This document shows, one piece after another, positions 51,826 to 60,515 of a DNA stretch of 64,000 nt. Under the pieces are notes generated by a model that worked only from the letters and a program-made list of their open reading frames with translations, was not told where the DNA came from and ran no database searches. Position 1 is the first letter of the stretch; every line of letters begins with the position of its first letter. Source of the stretch: Acinetobacter phage ZZ1; sequence record NC_018087.3. One strand, given 5' to 3'. The position numbers and the translations under genes are program-made.

Positions 51826-52165
51826 ATAAAAAGTCCAATGTACTATGGGTATTTTGTTTAGTTAAAGAAGGTTTTAAAATATTGTCTTCAATAACCTCAA
51901 GCTTTAATTGCTCAATAACTGCCTCTGGTATATACCGGGCAAATTGCGATTCAGGAATTGATCGTTCTTCCATCCACCAAGTCACAGCTTCAAGCACCGA
52001 TAATCCAGTTGCGACAAGATCATCGATCTCTGCCGCAGTGGTCTGTTTATCATATGCTTCTGCAACTAACTTAGTTGGATTCCCCGTAACCGGGGTTTCT
52101 TCAGTTAGTAAACAATGCATCGTAGGCTTCCAAAGTTTCTTCAGATTCATTTTCAAAAGCTTCAC
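51818..52165 (-). CDS. 33: gp33 late transcription co-activator (true start may be an internal Met)
   Basis: C-terminal match to T4 gp33 (SIPE.QFA..IP...IE.....I..N.L.PS......T.TLDFL). Overlaps dsbA. Confidence 0.8.
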   Translation of the reverse strand: MKLLKMNLKKLWKPTMHCLLTEETPVTGNPTKLVAEAYDKQTTAAEIDDLVATGLSVLEAVTWWMEERSIPESQFARYIPEAVIEQLKLEVIEDNILKPSLTKQNTHSTLDFLYG

Positions 52166-52367
52166 GACTATCTTTATGATACATGCTCAAAAGCTTATTA
52201 AATTGTTTCGGTTCAAACCCAAACTCATCTTGTGCGCGCTTACGAATTTCTTTAATCGCATCATTTGCACCTTCAATAATAGCTTTATGATTAGAACATT
52301 CTTTAATCATTGATTTGATCATGTCGCCATGTGCAGCTTGATTGTATTCAACTTTAGTTTTAGCCAT
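52101..52367 (-). CDS. dsbA: DsbA double-stranded DNA-binding late transcription enhancer
   Basis: 88 aa against 89 in T4. Matches T4 DsbA (MAK...EF..A.HG.......IKE.S.HK..I.G.N..IK.IR.RA.DE.G....FN.LL..YHKD.R..FE.E.EE). Confidence 0.85.
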   Translation of the reverse strand: MAKTKVEYNQAAHGDMIKSMIKECSNHKAIIEGANDAIKEIRKRAQDEFGFEPKQFNKLLSMYHKDSREAFENESEETLEAYDALFTN

Positions 52368-52426
52368 TTCATTTACCTCATTGATTTGGTATGTGTTTAT
52401 TTTAACATTTACTCCCGGAAAGCGTC

Positions 52427-53497
52427 TTAAAACGCATTGATATCCGGGAGTAATTTAGTTAAACCTGATTTTACAAAATAAGAATAAATCTTACCTCGTG
52501 GCGCAGGTGTTGATGTTTTATATGCTTCCAAGATTGCATCTTGGATATCCTGACGGATATAATTAAAATCAATTAAAACACGGTTTTGTGTAAAGCGATG
52601 AAATTGTATTTTTGCAATGCGTTCTGCCATTATTTCAATATCACCATTAAATGATTCAATAGCTTCTTCTGACATACCTTGCAGCATTAAAAGATTTTTT
52701 GCACGTTCAAGACCTTTCTTTTTATCTCTAACTTTATTTTGCACATCTTCTAAGTAAATTTGATAAATTTCATCATCAGTTTTGCCAACACATGCTTTAA
52801 TAAATGCTTCATAAGTCGGAGGCGTACGCTCAATAGATGTATCAGCAGTTAAGAAATAATCGCCTCGTACTTTTGTTGATGCAACACAGTCCTTTTTATC
52901 ACCTTTAATAATTTTTGTTAAACAATCTTCCTCAGGTGAACCTGTTTTATGTTTAACGAATTTCTTTTGAATTGGTGAATATTGATCAACATTTTCAATA
53001 GTATGCAACTGCGTAAAGTCACCATCTGATGAAATAATACGAACTTTATAACCAAGTGAACTGAGATATTTTGATAATACCGCAATACAGTCATCGGCCT
53101 CTGCAAATTTAACATCAATTACATGATAAGGCATATTATCTTTTAACTCTTGAATAACAATATTAAGAGCTTCAAAATATCCTTCCCAGTCAAATGATTC
53201 TTTTTCTTTATCGGCATCGCGTTTAATAGCCCGATTTCGTTTATAATAATCTTGGAATTGTCTGCGCCAATATCCAAACTTCGCATTATCTACTGTAATA
53301 ATAATTTCGGTAAAACCTTCAGCTTTAAATTTTAAAGCATTTACTTTTAAAGTAGATAAAACTAGTTGTCGTACTTTAGGAACAGTAAATTTTTCACCTG
53401 GATCATATGCTACTGCAACAGTTGCTAATGCAATTTGAGACAAGTCAATAAGAGCAGCACCTTTTTCAGGTTCACCCATCATAAAATCTAAACTCAT
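52427..53497 (-). CDS. rnh: RNase H / FEN-family 5'-3' exonuclease
   Basis: Matches T4 RNase H (IDLSQIALAT, GYWRR.F..YYK.NR, WEGYFE, ISSDGDFTQLH, KIYSYFVK.GL.KL). Confidence 0.9.
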   Translation of the reverse strand: MSLDFMMGEPEKGAALIDLSQIALATVAVAYDPGEKFTVPKVRQLVLSTLKVNALKFKAEGFTEIIITVDNAKFGYWRRQFQDYYKRNRAIKRDADKEKESFDWEGYFEALNIVIQELKDNMPYHVIDVKFAEADDCIAVLSKYLSSLGYKVRIISSDGDFTQLHTIENVDQYSPIQKKFVKHKTGSPEEDCLTKIIKGDKKDCVASTKVRGDYFLTADTSIERTPPTYEAFIKACVGKTDDEIYQIYLEDVQNKVRDKKKGLERAKNLLMLQGMSEEAIESFNGDIEIMAERIAKIQFHRFTQNRVLIDFNYIRQDIQDAILEAYKTSTPAPRGKIYSYFVKSGLTKLLPDINAF

Positions 53498-53524
53498 AAT
53501 ATAATCTCTCTAAAAGAAGTTGTA

Positions 53525-53556
53525 CCCATCATATAATATAAATATTAAAAGCATCT
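53525..53556 (-). promoter_or_regulatory. candidate MotA-dependent middle promoter for rnh (ATGCTTTTA box about 12 bp upstream of a TATATT -10) on the minus strand
   Basis: Motif similarity only. Confidence 0.25.
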
Positions 53557-53736
53557 AAATTGCACATTTATGTGCTGGGCGAAGCCCTATATCTATCCCG
53601 GCTTAAATAGTAAAAGCATAGGGGGTAGGGGGTAAACCCATTATAACATTTAGATTTTGTAAAGCAAGTTTACTCAAATTTTAAGTGGTCAAAATACATA
53701 CAGTATAGGTCCACGGAGACGCTTTTTATAAATACA

Positions 53737-53744
53737 AGATATAA
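53737..53744 (+). promoter_or_regulatory. late promoter TATAAATA upstream of gene 34
   Basis: 28 nt upstream of the ATG at 53773. Confidence 0.55.
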
Positions 53745-53772
53745 TATCTTTAATATTAAAGGATAAATTCAA

Positions 53773-56700
53773 ATGGCAGAAATAAAGACAAGTTTCCGTG
53801 CCACATACGGAATTGATGCGGGTGGCGAAAAAGTTATCAATGTCAAAAAAGCAGATAAAACTGTAATGACTGATGGCGTAAACGTTGAATACCTAATTCA
53901 AGAAAACACAACTCAAATGTATGACCCTGAACGCGGCTATCCAAAAGATTTCGCGGTTTTATTTAATGGTCGTTTATGGTATGCAAAACAAGCTACACCA
54001 ACTCCAGCTGGGCCTTTTAATGAAGGTTACTGGTCTCCTGCACGTACTGACCCTAAATGGTATCAAGTCGCGGGTAATCGTACAATGCAAGTTGGTGAAT
54101 ATCTAACTATTGATACTCTTTCAGTTCGTAATCTTGAATTAACATTACCATCAAATGCACAAGAAGGCGATAACATTACTATTCGTGATGTAGGCGGTGA
54201 ACCTGGTTATGCAGATATTTTAATTAAAGCCGGAACTCAATCTATTATAGATAAGGGTGAACGACTTAAAGAAATTAAAATGACAATTCCATTTTCAGAA
54301 TGGACTTTCATTTATGTTAATAAATTATGGACATTGTACAATGGTTCAGAAGCAGATTTAGCAAGAACTCTTAGACCGGCTGATACTCCATATAAAATTC
54401 AATCGGGTGAAACTATTTTACGCTCATATGATAGAGCAAGTCCGATTAAAGTTCAGTTTCCTAAAAATGCTAATAACGGAGACATGATTCACTTTGTTGG
54501 TATGGATGCAGCAACATCAGCCCCGTATTTTCATTTAGAATTAAATTCTTTTGACGCAAATACAAGTATTATTGCACCAAATACGCCAAAAGTTGTATTA
54601 CAACGTTCATTATCTGGTTATTTTATCTATAATGCAACGACTAGAATCTGGATGTTATTTGATTCTGATATGACTGATCGTCTTCGTACAGTTAGTTCAG
54701 ATACAAACCTATTTCCGAATGAAACTGTATCTGTTGTGGGTACATCAAATGCAACTGTACCTGCATTTACACTGACTTTACCTACTCAAGTGTCAGATGG
54801 TGATCAAATTACGGTGGCATTGAATTATATGCGTAAGGGTCAAACAGTTAATATTACGGCTTCGGGACGTGATATGATTTTGACCAATAAAAATCTGACA
54901 CAATTTCCAAAGCGTAAAGACTACCCAGAAGAAGGTAATTGGGTTAATACAAAATCACTTCAATATAATGGTGCTAGTGATTATCCTCCGGTAATTACGT
55001 TTGTATATATTATCATGAATCCAGATCCAGACCCAACCAAATTCCTGGCGCAATGGATGGTTGTTGATAATAATCCTATGATTGAACGCGTTGACCCTAC
55101 TAATCCAGCACGTTTGGGTGTTATAGCTTTAGCAACTCAAAATCAAGCCAATTTAGATAAAGGTCAAATTGCAGCTAACCCAATTGCAAAAGAACTCGCA
55201 ATTACTCCTGAAACATTGGCAAATCGTACTGCTCTTGAAAGTAGACAAGGTATTGCGGCAATTTCAACTAAAGATCAAAACTCTTTGCCTACGGATAGTG
55301 CAGCTTATGATGATTTAACGATTGTTACACCATTAAAGTTGAATCAAAAACAAGCAACAGAAACTATGCGAGGTTTAGCCGAAATTGTAGATGATACTGA
55401 GATAAAGAGTAATACTAATGATACTCATATTATTACACCTAAGAAATTAGATGCTCGTCGCGCGACAGCTTCATTATCTGGTGTGGCAATGTTAGTAGAA
55501 ACAGGTGGTGTTTCAGCAACTGCTCGTAATGCGCCAGGTACTGGTGTTTTTAACTATGCCGATAATGCACGTGTCATTACCCCTACAACATTGCGTGAAT
55601 TTAAAGCAACTGAGACCCAACAGGGTGGTGGTTTCTTAGCAATGGACTCAGAAGTTATCGCAGGTACACCTAATCCAGCTGGTATACCATTATTGGTTAC
55701 CCCTGAACAACTTCATAAAAAGACAGCAACAACAGGCCGTATTGGTTTTGTTCAAACTGCGACCGAAGCTGAAGTTTTAGCCGGAACTGATCCATTGAAA
55801 TATGTTTCGCCATTTACTTTAGCTAAACGTGTTGCTACAGATAGTGCGACTGGTCTTGCTAGATTTGCAAAACAGACTGAGTTTAATGCAGGCACAGCTG
55901 GTTTAATTTCAGACCCTGCTGTAATTAAAACATTCTTTAGTGATGCAACTAGAACCGAGGTGGATAATACTTCAGGACTTACACAAAGTGGAAATTTATG
56001 GACTTCTACAGTGTTTAATATTGTTGCGCCAACTGATAAACAACGAGGTACAGCTAGATTATCTACTCAAGCTGAAGTGAATACTGGTACAGATTATACT
56101 ACTATTGTTACACCTTTAACACTACATAATAAGAAGTCGACTACAACAGCTGAAGGTATTATTCGTGTTGCTAATACAAGTGAAACTGATGCAGGCACTT
56201 CTGTTAATACTGCAGTTTGCCCATTAAACTTAAAGCATATGATTCAAAAACAAGAATCATGGGCTGCAAGTAATACGGTGCGAGGACCAGTATTGTTATC
56301 TGAAGGTGCAATGACTTTTGCTGGAAATGATGTAACAGGTTCAACTGCCGCGTTATTGCCTACATATAAACAAGTTGGATATGCAATATCGCCATATGAA
56401 TTGAATAAAACTTTAATGAATTTCTTGCCAGCTAAAGCTAAAGCCGTTGATTCTGATAAGTTAGATGGATTAGATTCAACTCAATTTATTCGTAGAGATA
56501 TTGCTCAAACAGTTACAGGTTCTTTAACTTTTAATGCGGTTAGCACTTTTAATGCCAATGTTAATTTAATCGGTGCAAATACAACATTAACTGCTGATGG
56601 CGTGGTCCAGGCCAAACAGGGTTTAACTGTAGGTCGTAGTTTTAATGTCACCGTAGTTGATAATACCGGATTAAGTTTAGGTGGTGGCATTCAAACCAAT

Positions 56701-57684
56701 TCAAATAATAGACCAATGTATGGAATGTATGTAGGTCATAAAAATTGGGCGGGTTGTGGTGCACATGGCGCAGTAAATCAAGATTTTGCAATTTATAATA
56801 TTTGTTCCGTTTCTGGTTCTGAAAAACGAGGCTGGGTTTTTCAACGAGGTTTAGTATCCACTGAGCAAGTTAATAATACAAATGTGGCATCAATATCGGT
56901 GTATGGCGAAGCGACGTTTGATGGCTATGTTGATGCTGGCGCGCATTATCGACTTCGTACTATTCCGGTAGTTGATATGGACGCAGGTAAAACAAATATT
57001 AGAATAGGATCTAATTCACAAGCTCTTACGTTAGTATCTAATGCGCCAACTGCAATTGAAGCATCTGATGGAGCGACATTATTAACAACTAATAATTATA
57101 CGACATTAGCTGCACCAACCTTTGTTAAAAAAGCTGGTGATACAATGACTGGTGATTTGTTAATTCAAGCTGCCTCAATTAAAGTTGTTAGACCCGAAAG
57201 TGCTGCAATGGCAACAGCTGCACCAATTGCAGGTAGTTGGAGTTCAAATATTGAAAATCCTGCAATTTATAGTTTGTTTAAGGCTGGGTATAAAGTTCCA
57301 ATTATGGATCCATTAAAACCAACAATTATCTCAGGATATGAAGAATTTGATGGACCTGGTATTTTATCTCAAGTTGGTACGGATAAAACACAAGGTACAT
57401 ATCAAATTTGGGTCCCTAGACCTACTGCAGCCAATGCAACAAAACCAAATCATGCTGCTAATACAATTTGGACACGTGTTTGGAATCCTGTTAAAAATGC
57501 ATGGGAAAGCTGGTCGTATATGTTCACATCAAGTGTAAAACCAACTGCAAGTGATATAGGGGCAATTCCTAATAACGGTTCGGCTTTAAATAACTTAACT
57601 ATTCGCGACTGGATTCAAGTTGGTAATTTGCGCATTTATGCTGATCCATTAACTAAAAATGTCCGCTTTGATTGGATTGAATAA
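53773..57684 (+). CDS. 34: long tail fibre proximal subunit gp34
   Basis: Collinear with T4 gp34 from N-terminus (MAEIK..FRA..G.DAGG.K.INV..AD.TV.TDGVNV.YLIQENT.Q.YDP.RGY.KDF) to C-terminus (IGA.P...A..NLTIRD...GN.RI..DP..K.V.F.W.E). 1303 aa against 1289 in T4. Confidence 0.95.
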   Translation: MAEIKTSFRATYGIDAGGEKVINVKKADKTVMTDGVNVEYLIQENTTQMYDPERGYPKDFAVLFNGRLWYAKQATPTPAGPFNEGYWSPARTDPKWYQVAGNRTMQVGEYLTIDTLSVRNLELTLPSNAQEGDNITIRDVGGEPGYADILIKAGTQSIIDKGERLKEIKMTIPFSEWTFIYVNKLWTLYNGSEADLARTLRPADTPYKIQSGETILRSYDRASPIKVQFPKNANNGDMIHFVGMDAATSAPYFHLELNSFDANTSIIAPNTPKVVLQRSLSGYFIYNATTRIWMLFDSDMTDRLRTVSSDTNLFPNETVSVVGTSNATVPAFTLTLPTQVSDGDQITVALNYMRKGQTVNITASGRDMILTNKNLTQFPKRKDYPEEGNWVNTKSLQYNGASDYPPVITFVYIIMNPDPDPTKFLAQWMVVDNNPMIERVDPTNPARLGVIALATQNQANLDKGQIAANPIAKELAITPETLANRTALESRQGIAAISTKDQNSLPTDSAAYDDLTIVTPLKLNQKQATETMRGLAEIVDDTEIKSNTNDTHIITPKKLDARRATASLSGVAMLVETGGVSATARNAPGTGVFNYADNARVITPTTLREFKATETQQGGGFLAMDSEVIAGTPNPAGIPLLVTPEQLHKKTATTGRIGFVQTATEAEVLAGTDPLKYVSPFTLAKRVATDSATGLARFAKQTEFNAGTAGLISDPAVIKTFFSDATRTEVDNTSGLTQSGNLWTSTVFNIVAPTDKQRGTARLSTQAEVNTGTDYTTIVTPLTLHNKKSTTTAEGIIRVANTSETDAGTSVNTAVCPLNLKHMIQKQESWAASNTVRGPVLLSEGAMTFAGNDVTGSTAALLPTYKQVGYAISPYELNKTLMNFLPAKAKAVDSDKLDGLDSTQFIRRDIAQTVTGSLTFNAVSTFNANVNLIGANTTLTADGVVQAKQGLTVGRSFNVTVVDNTGLSLGGGIQTNSNNRPMYGMYVGHKNWAGCGAHGAVNQDFAIYNICSVSGSEKRGWVFQRGLVSTEQVNNTNVASISVYGEATFDGYVDAGAHYRLRTIPVVDMDAGKTNIRIGSNSQALTLVSNAPTAIEASDGATLLTTNNYTTLAAPTFVKKAGDTMTGDLLIQAASIKVVRPESAAMATAAPIAGSWSSNIENPAIYSLFKAGYKVPIMDPLKPTIISGYEEFDGPGILSQVGTDKTQGTYQIWVPRPTAANATKPNHAANTIWTRVWNPVKNAWESWSYMFTSSVKPTASDIGAIPNNGSALNNLTIRDWIQVGNLRIYADPLTKNVRFDWIE
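54880..56500 (+). repeat. tandem degenerate ~25-30 codon repeats within gp34 (TP..L..R.ATE...G.A.IAT...)
   Basis: Repeated peptide motif seen at least 8 times in the translation; known beta-structure repeats of T4 gp34. Confidence 0.5.
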
Positions 57685-57694
57685 GGAGATTTAA

Positions 57695-59731
57695 ATGGCT
57701 AAAGAGACATTCATTGCCTCATTTGCAAAAGATGTAATTGAGGCGAGTGTCTTTTCAGAAGCTGATGCTGTAGTATATCAGTTTAAAATTGGAGGGGCTA
57801 CGAATTATTCGACCGCTCCTTATCTGAAAAGAAATGATGAAGATTTAACCGGGACGACTTTAAAAGGTTTAAATCTTAGAGGATTTAAAACAGCCAATGG
57901 TATTCCAGAAATTAAATCTTTTGAATTAACGCCAACAGATTCAACAATGAATACTGGATTTACTTCATATATGAATAGTTCAGGTAATCCGTATGTTATT
58001 ATTATGAGTGGACCTGGGCTTAAATCATCGCCTTCTGTTGATACTTGGTTTAAGTCTGTCGGTTCAGTAAATTGGCCAGGCACATTTTTAGCAAATAATT
58101 ATTCATGCGGTTATGTTGGAATTTATAATTCGGCTCGTAAAAAGATTGTGTCTGAAGTTTTATTGTCGACCGATGGTACTGATAAAAATTTAGCAGAACT
58201 ATCAGTAGTTTTTGATGAACTTAATGATATTGGTGCAGTTGGAATGCCCTCTAGAATTGTGTATGATACTGAAGAATATGCAACAATGAACGGGTATGAA
58301 TATAAACGGTTTCCAACAAATAATGCTATTAATAAAATGTCAGATTATGGTTTATTACCAGGGGCTGTTGTAGAATTATCTGCAGATTTATACGCTGATG
58401 CTGTTATGACATCTTCTAATATGAAAACCCGTGTAAATTTACGTTGGTATAATGCATCAAATGCTTTAGTAGATTCATCTACAATATTAGAATCTAACGG
58501 CACTGGCTGGACTTCAATTGGTAAGTATTCTACTGCACCAGCTGCAGCAACTGGGTTTACAGTTGTGGTTTCAAGATTTCCTCGTAATGATGCTGTAACT
58601 GGTAAATCATCTATTAAAAATATTGTTTTGACTGAGACTTCTCGAGATGGTAGTAAGAAGAATGGTAATGCAATTATCGGTATTCACGGTATTAAAGCGG
58701 GTCGTTTTGTTGAACAGCAAACAGCAAATCATTTAATGGATTTAGGTATTTTTACAACAAGCGAAACCAATACTGTTCCAATTGTTGGTATTCGAGAAAA
58801 TAATGGTACCTTTGTTTCAGAAGAAATTGATTTTACTATTGATCAAAAATTACCAACATTTTTATTATTCAAACGAAATTCATCAGGTTCATACCATAGT
58901 GATGGTCTATCAATGAATATGTATGAGGTTGGACCAAATATCCCTAGATTTGATACCGGATATGATACAACTACTCGTAAGGCTTATAATAGGGGATTGT
59001 TGGTTGAAAAACGTGCTACTAATTTGTTAGTTAATAGTAATTTTGATGTACTTGACCCTGTTCCATGGGGTAGCACTAAACCATTTACAACTACACGCAA
59101 TGCAAATGGCACTATTAAAGTTGCAGTAAATACATCAAGTAGATTAGACTTTCAAAATCACCCTACATTGCGTAAATTAAATCTTGCTGCAAATATTGAT
59201 TATACCACATCTCATTATTTGAATGGTAACTATCCAAATAGTTATATGTATTGGTTAAATCCGAATGGTGCAGGTGCTCTTTATTTGGGCACAATTGGTG
59301 ATATAACGCCACTAGCTACAACTAATGCATTAATATCTCGTACTTTTACTACTAGACGATTAACAACGCCTTTAGCTAATGGTGATTTAATGCGAGGGTA
59401 TAATGCCAATGAGGTAACCGATGGTTGGTATAATGTTGGTTATTCACAAGTCGAAGCAGGTTCATACCCTACTTCATGGATTCGTACTCTTGAATCGCCC
59501 GCAACAAGAGAGCCTGATATTTTAATATTAAATGTTGATAATTATACAGGGTCTGTTTTATTAGAATATGAGCGCCAAGACAATAACAAAATAGAGAAAA
59601 AATGGGTTGATTTAACAAATGCCAAACAACCTGACCTATCTGCTTATTTGGATGTTGGTGTATGGATGCGTTCTGTTAAAATGTGTAAATACATATTATC
59701 AGATGCTCAAAAACAAGTGTTTACGGGATAA
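57695..59731 (+). CDS. 35: long tail fibre hinge connector gp35 (enlarged: 678 aa against 372 aa in T4)
   Basis: Position between 34 and 36. Shared blocks with T4 gp35 as far as I can recall them (LKLRGF...G.P.I....LTPT, AVGMPSR..YD, EIHGIKAGRFVE, YILSD.QK.VFTG). Confidence 0.7.
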   Translation: MAKETFIASFAKDVIEASVFSEADAVVYQFKIGGATNYSTAPYLKRNDEDLTGTTLKGLNLRGFKTANGIPEIKSFELTPTDSTMNTGFTSYMNSSGNPYVIIMSGPGLKSSPSVDTWFKSVGSVNWPGTFLANNYSCGYVGIYNSARKKIVSEVLLSTDGTDKNLAELSVVFDELNDIGAVGMPSRIVYDTEEYATMNGYEYKRFPTNNAINKMSDYGLLPGAVVELSADLYADAVMTSSNMKTRVNLRWYNASNALVDSSTILESNGTGWTSIGKYSTAPAAATGFTVVVSRFPRNDAVTGKSSIKNIVLTETSRDGSKKNGNAIIGIHGIKAGRFVEQQTANHLMDLGIFTTSETNTVPIVGIRENNGTFVSEEIDFTIDQKLPTFLLFKRNSSGSYHSDGLSMNMYEVGPNIPRFDTGYDTTTRKAYNRGLLVEKRATNLLVNSNFDVLDPVPWGSTKPFTTTRNANGTIKVAVNTSSRLDFQNHPTLRKLNLAANIDYTTSHYLNGNYPNSYMYWLNPNGAGALYLGTIGDITPLATTNALISRTFTTRRLTTPLANGDLMRGYNANEVTDGWYNVGYSQVEAGSYPTSWIRTLESPATREPDILILNVDNYTGSVLLEYERQDNNKIEKKWVDLTNAKQPDLSAYLDVGVWMRSVKMCKYILSDAQKQVFTG

Positions 59732-59732
59732 A

Positions 59733-59760
59733 GAAAGGGCTTCGGCCCTTTTCTCTTTTT
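59733..59760 (+). terminator. terminator hairpin (AAGGGC-TTCG-GCCCTT followed by T-rich run) after gene 35, abutting the late promoter TATAAATA at 59760..59767
   Basis: Seen directly. Confidence 0.6.
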
Positions 59761-59789
59761 ATAAATATCTTTAAAGAGGATAAATTGAT

Positions 59790-60503
59790 ATGGCAGATTT
59801 AAAAGCCGGTACAACGATTGGCGGGACACTCGTTTGGACTCAAGGTAACTTCCCGTTGTTCCCTACAGGCGACACACTTTTATACAAAACATACAAAGTC
59901 TATTCAGAAAAAGATAAACCCCAAGCTATTGACAATGATTTTGTGTCAAAGGCTGAAGGAGGTACTTATAACTCGACAGTCGTTTTTAATAAAAATATTG
60001 TTTTACGAGCTGCCGGCGGCACATCAGGCAATTTGACATCTATTAATCTTTATGGAGGCCTTGGCGATGGTGCTATGCCAACATATGGCTTTTATGTCGG
60101 AAGTACGGTTGATGAGTCAAACGGAAACCACGGCTCTGTATTTGGTAACTGGGCGGTCTATAACGTTGCAGCAAATGGCGGCTGGATTTTCAGAACACAG
60201 ACAAAGAATGTTGCATCTATTAATACTGAAGGAACCGGCACATTCAACGCAGTTAACATTGACTTAAATCCTACTATAGCGTCACATGCTACACGCAAAG
60301 ACTACGTTGACAATTTAATAAATACCGTTACAAATAACGCAAATAGTAAAGTTTCTAAGACAAATCCTAATGGTGATACAATGGTAGGCCCATTAACTGC
60401 TCCAAACTTTATTTCAACAAAGGTTGCTACTGCGTCAAACCAAGTTCCTCAATTAGGACAAGTTGTTCAACGGGGCGTAATTCTAGATTATGGAACATTT
60501 TAA
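59790..60503 (+). CDS. 36: long tail fibre distal connector gp36
   Basis: MADLK.G.T.GG...W.QGNFPL.P.GD..LYK..K.YSE..KPQA.DNDFVSKA.GGTY... matches T4 gp36. 237 aa against 221 in T4. Confidence 0.9.
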   Translation: MADLKAGTTIGGTLVWTQGNFPLFPTGDTLLYKTYKVYSEKDKPQAIDNDFVSKAEGGTYNSTVVFNKNIVLRAAGGTSGNLTSINLYGGLGDGAMPTYGFYVGSTVDESNGNHGSVFGNWAVYNVAANGGWIFRTQTKNVASINTEGTGTFNAVNIDLNPTIASHATRKDYVDNLINTVTNNANSKVSKTNPNGDTMVGPLTAPNFISTKVATASNQVPQLGQVVQRGVILDYGTF

Positions 60504-60515
60504 GGAAATTATCAG

